Part shown: in pieces, positions 53,521-63,470 of the stretch
Layout: every line of letters begins with the position of its first letter
How positions within the stretch are numbered: the first letter of the stretch is position 1
Source: an uncultured delta proteobacterium
Lineage (GTDB): Bacteria; Myxococcota_A; Polyangia; Polyangiales; Polyangiaceae
Length of the DNA stretch: 64,000 bases
Assembly: GCA_963716725.1 (NCBI GenBank)
Contig: CAVQUB010000008.1
Span: 320,001 to 384,000 of the forward strand
Direction: 5' to 3'
Notes under the pieces: generated by a model
The model's input: the letters and a program-made list of their open reading frames with translations, nothing else
Told to the model about the DNA's origin: nothing
Databases searched by the model: none
Translations under genes and position numbers: made by a program

Positions 53521-53625
53521 CGTCTGACCGTCTACAACGCCGCGGTCGAGGGCAGCGACAGCGGAGCGAAGGCGACGCTGCGCATGTTCGTGCCGTCGCT
53601 TTTGCTCGGCGCGACGTATCATTGA
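53521..53625 (+). pseudogene. 3' fragment of a paralog of the beta-barrel gene at 25450..26082
   Basis: 12 mismatches in 101 nt versus 25982..26082 by manual alignment. Confidence 0.85.
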
Positions 53626-53660
53626 TCATCAGGACGCATCCAGAAGGGCCGAGGTAGGAC

Positions 53661-54809
53661 ATGGAGACTTCGAAATATCGCTGGTCGGCGGCGCTGATCG
53701 CCGCGGTCGTGGTGACTTCAGCGAACGTCGCCAGCGCGGCCGAGCCCGGCCTCGAAGGCCGTCCGGACATCGTGTTGCAAGACGGGTTCGAGAGCGCCAA
53801 CTGGTTCACCGCTTGGGGCGCCAAGGCCGCGCCGCAAAACACGAGTGTCGTCAGCGACGGCAGTTCCTTCTCCGGGGGCTCGCATCTGCGAGTTTCGGTC
53901 CCGAAGGGCGGCCACTACGGCACGTCGTTTGGTTTCGACTTCGCCAAGCAAGGCCTGCCCGAACCTGAAGAGCTCTACTTCCGCTATGCGATTCGCCTCG
54001 GACCGACCTGGACCACTGATGGCGGCGGCGGTGGCAAGTTGCCTGGTTTCGGCGGCACCTATGGCGTCGCGGGTTGGGGTGGCAAACCGGTGAACGGGAC
54101 CAACGGCTGGAGCTCCCGAGGGCTGTTCTCCAAGCCCGTGAGCAACGCGGCGAGCGGCGACACGCGCGTGGGCTTCTACGTGTACCACGCGGACATGACC
54201 GGCCAGTACGGCAGCAACTGGCATTTCTCCGGCGGGCCACTCGGTGCGGACGGCAACCTGAAGCGCAACGTCTGGACGCAGCTCGAGCTGTACGTGAAGC
54301 TGAACACACCCACCAAGAACGACGGCGTGCTCAAGGCTTGGGCCGACGGCACGCCGGTCTTCGAGAAAGCGGACATTCGCTTTCGCGACGTGACGACCTT
54401 GAAGGTCGAGCGCGCGTGGTTCGACATCTACTACGGCGGCACCTGGACGGCGCCGGCGGACATGCACCTCGACTTCGACAATGCCGTGATCGCCTACAAG
54501 TACATCGGGCCGTACTCGAAGACGACGGGCACCGGCGGATCCGGCGGCGGCGGAGGGCAGGCCGGCGGCGGTGGCGCTGCGGGCGCGGCCACGGGCGGTA
54601 GCGCGGGCGCAGCGACCGGTGGCGGCGGTGGAGCCGGCGCGATGGGCGGATCCGCGTCCGGCGGCGCGAGCGGAAGCGGCGCTTCTCCCAGCGCAGACGA
54701 CGACGGCGGCTGTGGCTGTCGTGTGGCGCCCATCAGCGGCGCCGGCCCGTGGGCGCTGCTGATGTTTGCGGGGCTCGGACTCTCGTGGCGGCGCCGCGCG
54801 GGGCGTTGA
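53661..54809 (+). CDS. Polysaccharide lyase (PL14-like) with MYXO-CTERM tail
   Basis: Signal peptide, ELYFRY, GGKLPG, YVYH, KLNTP..DG, YYGG; GGCGCRV-TM-RRR. Confidence 0.8.
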   Translation: METSKYRWSAALIAAVVVTSANVASAAEPGLEGRPDIVLQDGFESANWFTAWGAKAAPQNTSVVSDGSSFSGGSHLRVSVPKGGHYGTSFGFDFAKQGLPEPEELYFRYAIRLGPTWTTDGGGGGKLPGFGGTYGVAGWGGKPVNGTNGWSSRGLFSKPVSNAASGDTRVGFYVYHADMTGQYGSNWHFSGGPLGADGNLKRNVWTQLELYVKLNTPTKNDGVLKAWADGTPVFEKADIRFRDVTTLKVERAWFDIYYGGTWTAPADMHLDFDNAVIAYKYIGPYSKTTGTGGSGGGGGQAGGGGAAGAATGGSAGAATGGGGGAGAMGGSASGGASGSGASPSADDDGGCGCRVAPISGAGPWALLMFAGLGLSWRRRAGR

Positions 54810-54812
54810 CTC

Positions 54813-54836
54813 AGCGGGGCCGCTCCCCCGCTATTT
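54813..54836 (+). terminator. Possible intrinsic terminator
   Basis: AGCGGGG/CCCCGCT stem just after the stop; weak T tract. Confidence 0.3.
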
Positions 54837-54959
54837 CGCAGCGAGCACCGGCGAGAGCGCGTTCGCGATGGAGTCCATGGCGGCGTTGAAGCCATAGCTC
54901 GAGTTTGCGGAGCCCGTCAGGCTCTTGGGACAGATCGACGCGACCACGGCCTGCGCCCC

Positions 54960-55285
54960 CAGATCTCACCGACGCCGCAGGCGTGATCGCACCCGCCGCA
55001 ATGATCCGGATCGATCAGCGGGTCGACGCAGCGCCCGCCGCATCCGGTGGTGCCCGGCCCACACTGCGCCGTGCAGTGTGCACTCTCGAATTCGGGAAAT
55101 GTCTCCTCCACGCGGGGTGCGAGGCCATTGCGAACTGCATTCTGATTACGAAGTGCACGACCGACTGTTACACGGAAGCCAAGTGCAAGGCCGTGATCGA
55201 CAAGTTTGGTGGGCCGAGCTGGAACGAGCGCCAGAACGCCGACGCCGTCCGGACCTGTCCTTGGGCGAAAGCCTGTTGTGTCTAG
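54960..55285. pseudogene. Two Cys-rich gene fragments on opposite strands
   Basis: Minus: CGPGTTGCGGRCVD..DPDHCGGCDHAC; plus: CTLEFGKC...KACCV-stop. Confidence 0.5.
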
Positions 55286-55324
55286 CGCCGCGCAGGTCTC
55301 GAGCTCGCCTCATACGCACAGCCC

Positions 55325-55768
55325 GGCCCTGCGTCGGGTTGCGGAGCACGACGAGGTGATCGTGATCCACGACACGACGGAGTTTCGGTTCTTGGGCGAC
55401 GAGCGCCAGGGGCTCGGCAGGGTGGGCATGGCAGGCCAAGGGTTCATGGGGCACTTCTCGCTCGCGGTCGTCCCTGGCGAGGAGAGAGAGCCGCTCGGTG
55501 TGCTCGCGGTCGAGCCGTGGACGCGGCGCGGCGATTCCGTATCGAAGCGTGAGACGGATGGGCGGATCACCGGCAAGGAAGCCAGAACAGCGCCTGAGCG
55601 AGAATCGCTGCGCTGGGCCAGAGGGATTTCCGCTGCAGAAGACGTCGTGGCCCAACGAGCTGCCTTGATTCACGTGATGGACAGCGAGGCCGACGACTAT
55701 GCGCTCTTGACGCAACTGATCGGGGATGACCGTCGGTTCGTGGTTCGCATGGCCCGTGATCGCGCGCC
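55325..55768 (+). mobile_element. IS4-family (IS50/Tn5-like) transposase internal fragment
   Basis: IHDTTEF, GLG, HFSLAV, PLGVL, ESLRW, IHVMDSEAD, FVVRMARDR. Confidence 0.85.
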
Positions 55769-55905
55769 CGCCAGCGTTACGACCCCTCTGGCAAGCCTTG
55801 CCTGCACGACGGGTTGTAAGCGGCCGGCGGCTGGCGGAGGATTCGCCCTCCTCGGTGCCGAGGGATGGGCCATCGCCCGCGGCACCAGAACGCACGGGCA
55901 CCATC

Positions 55906-58002
55906 ATGCGAATCGACACGGTCGGGTTAATGCGTACGCTCGCCGTTGCAGCTCTCACTGCCAGCTGCGGCACTCCAGCCGCTACGGTGAGACCCGCGTC
56001 TCTCTTTCCTCCCTCGGGTCCCGCCAGCGGCTCGGCCGTCAGTGCCGCGGCGGTCAAGGGGCTTTGCCCCCTAGCCGCCGTTACCGTGGGCGACGAACGC
56101 ATGCGGGTCACGCTCGGGGGCGACGTGCTGTTCGACACCGACAAGTCCGACTTGAAGCCGACGGCGCTGGAAGTCCTCGCTCGCGTGAAGGCGGGCATCA
56201 TCGACGCACACCCCGATGCGACCATCATCGTCGAAGGCCACACCGACGACCGCGCCTCGGACGAGCACAACCAGGGCCTGTCGGAGCGAAGGGCGGCCTC
56301 GGTCGCGGCTTGGATCAAGCAGCACGGCACGGCGGAGGGCAGAATCTCCAAGCACGGCTACGGGGAATCCTATCCACGGGTCCCCAACGTTTCCGCGGCG
56401 AACCGCCAGCTCAACCGTCGCGTGGAGCTGGTGCTGACGTGGGGCCAGGGCAAGGCCGCGGCGACGGCCCGCGCGTGTCCCACCGCCCAGGCGTGTTGCG
56501 AGCTGGCAACGCTCGGTGGAAAGCCCGCGCCCGCGCCGGGATGCATCGGGAAGGAGCCGGGCCAGTCGGGGTGGGGCGCAGGTCTCGGCGCTCGCGGTCT
56601 CGAAGACAGCCAAGGCGTCCTGCGACTCAATCCGTGCATCACGACCCGAAGTGCCGCCGTGTGGATCACCTCCACCGACGAGGGCATGATCGCTCGCTTC
56701 GACGAGTCCACCGGCAAGCAGCTCTTCCGCGTGCCGACCTACGGGCATTATCCTCAGCGCACCGCCGTAGCGACCGACGGATCGGTTTGGGTCACCAATC
56801 GCGATTCAGGGTCGTACGTTCACATCTCCGGGGACGGCAAGCTGCTGTGCTCGAGCCCGCTGAAGACGTGCCAGACGCGCGCTGCGGCGGTCGACAGCCA
56901 GGGCTTCGCTTGGATCGGTTGCAACGACACGAGCGTGTTGCTTCAGGCTAGCGCGACAGAAACCGACGGCACGGTGGAGGTCAGCGACGGCAAGAAGAAG
57001 GTCAACGTTCCCAAGTGCAAGCAGACGGGAAGAGTCGAGGTGCCCGACGTGCACCCCTACGGTTTGGCCGCCGATCGTCGGGGAGGCATGTGGGTCGGCG
57101 TCAGCGGCGGCGGTCCCATCGTCAAGATCGACACCATCAAAAGGCGCGTGCTCCTGAAGGTGGATCCCGCGAAAGATCCGCTGGTGGTCGGGAAGGGAGA
57201 GGAGTGCTGGTCCCCGTACGGGATCACCATCGACCGCGACGGCAACCCCTGGTTCGCGAACCTGGGCTGCGGCAACGTCTTGAAGCTCGACGGACGCACC
57301 GGGCGCGCTCTGGGCGTGTTCACGGGTGGTCCAGAGAAGCTGAAGTCACCCCGTGCGCTCGGGTTCGACCGCGAAGGTCACCTCTGGGTGGCCGAGAACG
57401 GCAGCGTGTTCGTGGACCAACTCGCCAGCGACGGGAAGTTCATGCGACGGGTGGACATCTCCTCGTGCGGTGGTGGCGCCGCGCCGCTCGGCACCGCCGC
57501 GGATAGCCAGGGCAACATGTGGACGGCGATCCAGAGCGCCGGCAAGGTGGTCAAATACACGACGGACGGTCGCGTCCTCGGCTGCTATCCCGAGCTACCG
57601 ACCCCGCCGCTCGACAATGCCTACACCTACTCGGACTTCACCGGCGCGGCGATGGAGACTTCGGGCAGCGACCGGGGCGTGACGCGACTGCGCTTCACCC
57701 ATGGCCAAGCCGTACACTGGAGGCTCGCCTCATGGACCGGCATGACGCCGGCGGGCACGACGCTCTGCGTGCGGGCGCGCACGGCGGCCTCCGCCGCCCG
57801 GCTCGACGCTGCGGCCTGGAGCGAGGTGACCTGTCCCAAGACGGCCACCCGCGGGGTCGTCAACGTGTCACTCGATGGCGCGCGCGGGCCGACGCGCACG
57901 GCGCCCGGCGCCGCGCTCGAGCTCGAGCTGACGCTGAGTTCGACCGAGCCCGGGGCATCCCCGCTGCTTTCCAGCATTTCGGTTGCGGCAACCGCAAACT
58001 GA
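55906..58002 (+). CDS. Lipoprotein with OmpA peptidoglycan-binding domain and Vgb-like beta-propeller
   Basis: Lipobox TASC, VLFD, VEGHTD, LSERRA, NRRVE; DxxGxxW repeats, YTYSDFTG. Confidence 0.87.
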   Translation: MRIDTVGLMRTLAVAALTASCGTPAATVRPASLFPPSGPASGSAVSAAAVKGLCPLAAVTVGDERMRVTLGGDVLFDTDKSDLKPTALEVLARVKAGIIDAHPDATIIVEGHTDDRASDEHNQGLSERRAASVAAWIKQHGTAEGRISKHGYGESYPRVPNVSAANRQLNRRVELVLTWGQGKAAATARACPTAQACCELATLGGKPAPAPGCIGKEPGQSGWGAGLGARGLEDSQGVLRLNPCITTRSAAVWITSTDEGMIARFDESTGKQLFRVPTYGHYPQRTAVATDGSVWVTNRDSGSYVHISGDGKLLCSSPLKTCQTRAAAVDSQGFAWIGCNDTSVLLQASATETDGTVEVSDGKKKVNVPKCKQTGRVEVPDVHPYGLAADRRGGMWVGVSGGGPIVKIDTIKRRVLLKVDPAKDPLVVGKGEECWSPYGITIDRDGNPWFANLGCGNVLKLDGRTGRALGVFTGGPEKLKSPRALGFDREGHLWVAENGSVFVDQLASDGKFMRRVDISSCGGGAAPLGTAADSQGNMWTAIQSAGKVVKYTTDGRVLGCYPELPTPPLDNAYTYSDFTGAAMETSGSDRGVTRLRFTHGQAVHWRLASWTGMTPAGTTLCVRARTAASAARLDAAAWSEVTCPKTATRGVVNVSLDGARGPTRTAPGAALELELTLSSTEPGASPLLSSISVAATAN

Positions 58003-58027
58003 CAGCGTATCCAAGTCGAGAACGAGC

Positions 58028-59758
58028 ATGAAGCATCACCCAGAGCAGAAGTCACCGATCTCGCTCACGCCTCTGAAGCGTGTTTCCGTCATTCCGGCCA
58101 GCGTGCTGGCCATCGCGCTATTCGCATTGATGTGTGGGAGCTGCGGCGGCGGGACCCGGACGCCGGCGCGAGGCCCTGGCGCGGGCTCTGCCGCCGGCAA
58201 GACCCAATTCGAAACGCTCAGCGTGAGACTGCTGCGCGCGATGGGGAGCGGCAAGACCGTCGAAGCCGGTCGCATCGAGCGTCCCCTCGCGCTCTACCGC
58301 GAGCAGGCGGTGTCGCTGCTCATTCGTACGCTCAATGCCCAGCCCGAGGAGTCCAACGGGAAGCTGCATCTCGAGCAGCGCTTCGAGATCGGTGCCGAAC
58401 GCGTGGCGCTGCCGGCGCTCGACGTCGACTGCTCCGCACCGGCGACCTGCGTGGCCAAAGAGTGGCTCGAACTCGAGCTCCGCGGGCCAGGGGGCGCGTC
58501 GAGGCGGGTCGAGCGCGTGCTCCGAGTGCGAGCGGGGGACGACGACGTGCTGCCCGGCTATCGGCGCTACACCATCGTGGCGCTCGCGGGAGCGGTTGCG
58601 CGAGACGACGTGCAGCCGCAGATCGCGCAGCGCGTGCCCGCGCTGAAGATCGAGGAGCGCAAGGCGAAGATCGAAGCGCTGCAGGCCGAGGCCGCCGCCA
58701 CCACGAAAGAGAAGGTGCCCGCGCTGGTGGCACGCATGGACGATCTGGATGTGGGGGGCCAACTGGCGCAGCTGATGGCCCTCGGGTTTGCGGCGGAGTC
58801 CGACGCGGCGACCGACCGTTTGGGCCAAGCCGCTGGGGTGACGGTCCAGCGCAACACGCCGCGGATCTTGATCGTTGGTGCCGAAGGACAGGGGGACGAC
58901 GCCGGCGTATCGCTCAGTCTGGATCTGCGTTTGGACGAGGTGGACACCGCCGCCGGCGATGACTCGAACGCGGCGCGCGCGTTTCAGCTGGCGCGCGGTC
59001 TCGAGCAGTCCATGCTCGAGGGCAAATACCTCGCGGTCAGCGCGGGGCAGGACCGCGCCGTGAGCACCGCCCTCTTGATGAGCGCAGCCGCCAAGGCTTC
59101 GATCGCGACGATTGCGCTCGCAGCCAGTGACAAGGAGCGGTTCGCGGCCCTGGGGCTTCCGCCCGGATTTGCGTCCGTCGTGCAGCGCGCGCTCGACGGC
59201 GGTCACCATGTGGTGCTGCCGAGCGCAGCCGTGGAGCTTGCCGGGCGGCCGCGCTGGGGATTCTGGGACATCGATCCGGCCACCGGTCGGACCATCGGCG
59301 TGATGGAAGACGGTCAACATCAGGGCATGATGGAGGTCCCGGTCACGACGACTCGGGTGCCCCTCAATTCGTCAATGGGTTTCGTGCTCGGGCTTCACGC
59401 AGGTGCGGTGACCGGACAGTTCGCCCTGTCCGGCCTGATGCTCAAGCACGGCGAGGTGACCCCGGTGCTGATTCAAGAGCTCAAGAACATGCTCGCCAAC
59501 GTCGGGTGCATGGTGTGCCCGCAGGCAACGGTCGGAACCTCCGTGTCCGTCAATGCGGGCGAGTGCCTGAAGAAGGATCTCGTGTCTTTCAGCAAGGGCG
59601 GAGTCGACTTCTGCGCGGGCTATCAAGACGGCTTCAAATGCGCCGTGAGCCTCCTGCTCGCGTCGCTCGAAGGCACGAACCCCTCGAAGGCGAAGGTATC
59701 GGCGAGCGCGCCGACACTCACCGTCGGCTGCCAGGAAATATCGGTGGGCGGAGGCTGA
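58028..59758 (+). CDS. Hypothetical lipoprotein
   Basis: Lipobox-like CGSC; GFWDIDPATGRTIG; Cys-containing C-terminus; 25 bp downstream of the OmpA gene. Confidence 0.7.
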   Translation: MKHHPEQKSPISLTPLKRVSVIPASVLAIALFALMCGSCGGGTRTPARGPGAGSAAGKTQFETLSVRLLRAMGSGKTVEAGRIERPLALYREQAVSLLIRTLNAQPEESNGKLHLEQRFEIGAERVALPALDVDCSAPATCVAKEWLELELRGPGGASRRVERVLRVRAGDDDVLPGYRRYTIVALAGAVARDDVQPQIAQRVPALKIEERKAKIEALQAEAAATTKEKVPALVARMDDLDVGGQLAQLMALGFAAESDAATDRLGQAAGVTVQRNTPRILIVGAEGQGDDAGVSLSLDLRLDEVDTAAGDDSNAARAFQLARGLEQSMLEGKYLAVSAGQDRAVSTALLMSAAAKASIATIALAASDKERFAALGLPPGFASVVQRALDGGHHVVLPSAAVELAGRPRWGFWDIDPATGRTIGVMEDGQHQGMMEVPVTTTRVPLNSSMGFVLGLHAGAVTGQFALSGLMLKHGEVTPVLIQELKNMLANVGCMVCPQATVGTSVSVNAGECLKKDLVSFSKGGVDFCAGYQDGFKCAVSLLLASLEGTNPSKAKVSASAPTLTVGCQEISVGGG

Positions 59759-59760
59759 GC

Positions 59761-59863
59761 CCACACCAAGGTCCGTTACGTTCCGGAGCTGCTGCGACAC
59801 CCAGGTCGAGTCGGGGTTTCGAGTCACCGCGACATGGCCGTAAATGCTGTCGTGGTCTCGGAG
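59761..59863 (-). mobile_element. Integrase-core (rve) transposase remnant, motifs out of order
   Basis: LRDHDSIYG directly followed by HVAVTRNPDSTWVSQQLRNVT. Confidence 0.65.
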
Positions 59864-59981
59864 CCGAGCCGACGGGGCGAACCTCGGCTTCTCAGTCGAG
59901 GTTGCGCCGCCCACCTGGTCGAGAGTTCGAAAGACACGTAGAGTGCGATGGCGCGCGCGCTGCATCTCCCGGAGCACAACC

Positions 59982-60713
59982 ATGAGCAGCGCCTACCTCA
60001 TGGCCCTCGCGGCGAGCGCCCTGGCGGCGGTGGTCACCACCATCGGCATCCTGGTTATCCGGCGTTTCTCCGTGTGGGGCAAAAACAACGCGGCACTGTT
60101 CGGCAGCTTCGCGGCTGGAGTGCTCATCGCCGTCTCCTTTCTCCATGTGATTCCGAAGGCCTTCTCCATGTGCTCCCGAGCGCCCTACTGGCTGCTCGTC
60201 GGCTATGGCGCCATGCACCTGACCAGTCGCTTCCTCTCCGGCCGCGTGTGCGATCAGCCCCAGCTCGCCGGGCGTGCCTTTGGCATGATCGCGCTGGTGG
60301 GCATTGGGTTCCACTCCTTCATCGACGGAGTGCTGTACGCCGTGACCTTTCAGGCTGGGGTGTTCACCGGCACCCTCGCAGCCGTGGGCATGGTGCTGCA
60401 CGAGTTGCCCGAGGGCATCGTCACCTACGCGCTGCTGCGCGGCAGCAAGATGCCCGACGGGCGCGCGGTCCGTCTGGCGTTCGTGGCGGCGGCGCTGACC
60501 ACGCCGCTGGGCACTCTAGCGTCCTACCCCTTCGTCGGGCAGCTCGAGGGTGAGGCTCTCTGTGCCCTGCTCGCGGCGTCCGCCGGGGTGCTCGTGTACG
60601 TGGGTGCAACCCACCTGTTGCCCTACGCCGAGCACGAGTGCCGGCGGTTCAGCTTGCTGGCGCTTCTGGGCGGCGTGCTCGTGGCCGTCTTGATTGTGGT
60701 CACCGGCCACTGA
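59982..60713 (+). CDS. ZIP-family metal transporter
   Basis: FAAGVLI..FLHVIP, HSFIDG, HELPEG, AGVLVYV. Confidence 0.92.
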   Translation: MSSAYLMALAASALAAVVTTIGILVIRRFSVWGKNNAALFGSFAAGVLIAVSFLHVIPKAFSMCSRAPYWLLVGYGAMHLTSRFLSGRVCDQPQLAGRAFGMIALVGIGFHSFIDGVLYAVTFQAGVFTGTLAAVGMVLHELPEGIVTYALLRGSKMPDGRAVRLAFVAAALTTPLGTLASYPFVGQLEGEALCALLAASAGVLVYVGATHLLPYAEHECRRFSLLALLGGVLVAVLIVVTGH

Positions 60714-60930
60714 CAGTTTCGCTTCACCGTGACGCTCAGCCCGTCCTGGCAGGTGGCGCGGGCCGCCAAGAACGCCCGGCAGAGCTTGCCGCGGTCCTGC
60801 GTTTTCGTGGTGCTATCCCGTTCCCCGGGGCACCAACTCTACGGCCCGCAGTTGGTGCGCGCCGCGAACCCTGCAGCGCAAAGCGCGCGCCGACTCGACC
60901 GTTCTGACGAGCGCCTCCGGCGAACGAGGT

Positions 60931-60946
60931 TGGTACGACGAATGCA
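60931..60946 (+). promoter_or_regulatory. Sigma54 promoter candidate
   Basis: TGGTACGACGAATGCA = GG-N10-GC; AGGAGG RBS before ATG 60989. Confidence 0.55.
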
Positions 60947-60988
60947 CGCGCAGACTCCCAGGAGCACTCTGCCGTTCAGGAGGACAGT

Positions 60989-61351
60989 ATGCGCATCGGC
61001 TTCCCACTGCTGAAAGCAGAGGAACACTCGCCGCTTTCGCCGCACTTCGGCAAGGCGAAGTGGGTTGGTACTTACGACACTGAGACGCGCGCCATGCGGT
61101 TCGTGCGCAACACCGGCCTCACCGGGCGCTTCGTCGCCGACGCCTTCGCCCAAGCCGGCTGCACCCACGCTGTGCTCACCCGCATCGGCGCGCCGGCGTT
61201 GGAGCACCTCGCGGCCTACGGTATCCAAGCATTCTGGGGCGACGCGGACGCTTCTGCACTGACGCTCGCCGAGCGTTTGGAACGCGGTCAGCTGGAGCGA
61301 GCCGAGAGCACCGAGCACGCACCCGAACGCGCGCATCGGCGTCAGCACTAG
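60989..61351 (+). CDS. NifB/NifX-like FeMo-cofactor-binding domain protein
   Basis: MRIGFP, SPHFGKA, VLTRIGAPA..L...GI, G-QL tail. Confidence 0.82.
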   Translation: MRIGFPLLKAEEHSPLSPHFGKAKWVGTYDTETRAMRFVRNTGLTGRFVADAFAQAGCTHAVLTRIGAPALEHLAAYGIQAFWGDADASALTLAERLERGQLERAESTEHAPERAHRRQH

Positions 61352-61579
61352 GGAAGCACTGCCCCGGGATTGGGTGTACGGCGCGTGTCCTGGGGCAATC
61401 ACTGAAGCGCCCTGCATTCGCGGAGCACTCGAGTGAGCGCACTGAGCAACTCACCGTCGGGGGTTGCATGGTCGAAGAAGCTCGCCAGCGGTAAGATCAC
61501 CGATCTCAACCCGGCCCGCCACGCTGTCCCGCTCTGTCTACCCGAAGGCTGACCGAACATCCTGTCGGGGCAGTACGAC

Positions 61580-62012
61580 TCACCCGCATGGCGGATGCCC
61601 GGCGCCGGTGCACGAGGCGCTCCGCGGGCAGTCTGACAAAAGCAAAACGATGCGTGCGACCGCGGCCCGCTGCTCGGCGGACGCGACGTCGAGCGCCGTG
61701 TCGACCTGTGCCTCGGTCGCGGGACCGTCGAGCCCCAGCCCGACCACGCGGTTGAGCATCGGCGAGTCCGGGGCCTCGGGTGCGAGCGGCACGACCGCAC
61801 CCTCGACCTCGACGACGTCCGAGGACGGGACTACTGCCGGTGCCGCATCAGGGTTCGGACGCGCCTCGTCTGGCTCTTCGCGGCCACTGGGTGAACCAGG
61901 AGGCGGGTTCGCGGGTGCACGGTCCCCCGACTGCACCGCCCCGCCGCAGGCGACGAGCCACATGCCCACCAGACCGAGGGGCAAGCGCGCGGATAAGCAC
62001 TCCAAGCGCATC
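61580..62012 (-). pseudogene. Truncated lipoprotein gene
   Basis: Lipobox LVAC, Pro-rich linker, then degenerates. Confidence 0.4.
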
Positions 62013-62119
62013 TGACCGAAGCGCGGTCCCCGGCGGCAGTCGACTGAATCCAGCTTATGCGAGTTCGTCGGCACCCAACCCTCCAACCCTGCGTCAGCTC
62101 ATTCATAGGTTACACCGCT

Positions 62120-62279
62120 CCCGTTCAACATCAAGATGTGGGGTCCGCGCGCCACGCCCCGGCTGACGCGTTGCAGGCATCCGCCTGACACGGGGCTCGT
62201 CGGAAGGGTGGCGGACGAACGCGAACGCGTCGTTTATCACAAACTCTCACTCTACTTGGGTACGGGATTCGAGTTCTGA
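62120..62279 (+). pseudogene. 3' fragment of an outer-membrane beta-barrel gene
   Basis: Ends VVYHKLSLYLGTGFEF-stop (beta-signal with terminal Phe). Confidence 0.5.
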
Positions 62280-62319
62280 TTCGGTGGGTTCTGCACTGGC
62301 GCCGATCGGGCGTGAGCGC

Positions 62320-62593
62320 CCGTTGCCACGTGAGGGTGAGCGGGAGCGGGTCGACTCTGCGTACCGGCAAGGTCAACGTGCTCGTGGTGCGGGGCACCCA
62401 GCAGCTCGCCTGCGCGTTCGCCGCGAAAGGCGGTCAGGGCAGCGTCCCCGTGGGCTTGCTCAGGAAGCTCTCCGCGGGCACGGGTGGGTTCAGCGTGAGC
62501 ACGGGTGACACGGTGGAAGTGAAGGCCGGCGGACGAGTCATCACCCTCCTCGCCGAGGTGACGGGACCGTCGAGCGCCGCCGCGCTGAAGTGA
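62320..62593 (+). pseudogene. 3' fragment of a beta-rich secreted protein gene
   Basis: LACAFAAKGGQGSVPVGLL..VEVKAGG..stop; no N-terminal part. Confidence 0.45.
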
Positions 62594-63174
62594 TTCTGAT
62601 GCCGCGTGGGCGCGGCCGCACGGCGAACGCAGCGAGCAGCCAACCGGACCATCGTCCGCCAGCGCCTCCCCTGCTTCGTCACCGTCGCCAGCGCCGTGCG
62701 CGGGCTCACGGTCAGCGTCTCGCTCTCGTTCTCCTGGTGAAAACCCAACTTCGCCGGCAGAATCGTGATCATCCGAGGCGCGTTCTCGGTCGCGAAGCGT
62801 GGCGCCTTCTTCGCCACGCTCGGCGCCGCGATGGTGGTGACGTGTCGCGCGCCGTCAGGTCAATCCCAAGGCATTGCTACACCTCGGGTCGAGCCCGGGG
62901 ACGACGGACTGCCGGAAGCGGGCCTCCGAACGCCCGATGGGAGCGTCAGCGACGCGACGAGGGCTCCAGATAGCTCCGAGGAAGTGCCCATCGAGCGCTT
63001 GATCGTGGAGGCAGCGGCCTACTTCGGGCGGCGAGTCACCACCACCGGTTGGGTGGTGTCATGCGACGCAGCCATCGTCTGTAAGATGATCAAATGCGGG
63101 AGCTGCACTATGTGCACGGGTCGTGCTGTCTTCGTGCCGCCTGGCACCGTCGGGATGCCGCCCTGCGAAGGCAA

Positions 63175-63470
63175 CGAGAGCTCGTGGAAGAACACGAGCG
63201 CGAAAGATTTCTCGCAGCAATCGACGAAGGCATCGGCGACGCAGAAGCGGGAAGAGTCGTCGATTCGGCGGTCGTGCTCGAACGGCTGCGCGCTCGCCAG
63301 CGCTCGACGGCATGAAAGTCGTCTTTTCGAGGCGAGCCGATCGGGATGTCGATCGCGTTGACGCGTGGTGGCGGCAGAACCGCCCCTATGCCCCTGAGCT
63401 CTTCGAGCACGAGCTCGCCGACGCCGTGAGTCGGCTCGAAACCCCCGGTGTGATGCTGGGGACCGAGAGG
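63175..63470 (+). pseudogene. Type II toxin-antitoxin remnant (antitoxin C-terminus + RelE/ParE N-terminus)
   Basis: LAAIDEGIGDAEAGRVVD-stop overlapping (ATGA) MKVVFSRRADRDVDRVDAWWRQNRP. Confidence 0.7.

Noticed and set aside
62255..62300. GGGATTCGAGTTC resembling a tRNA T-arm
   Set aside because: No cloverleaf; better explained as the codons GTGFEF-stop.
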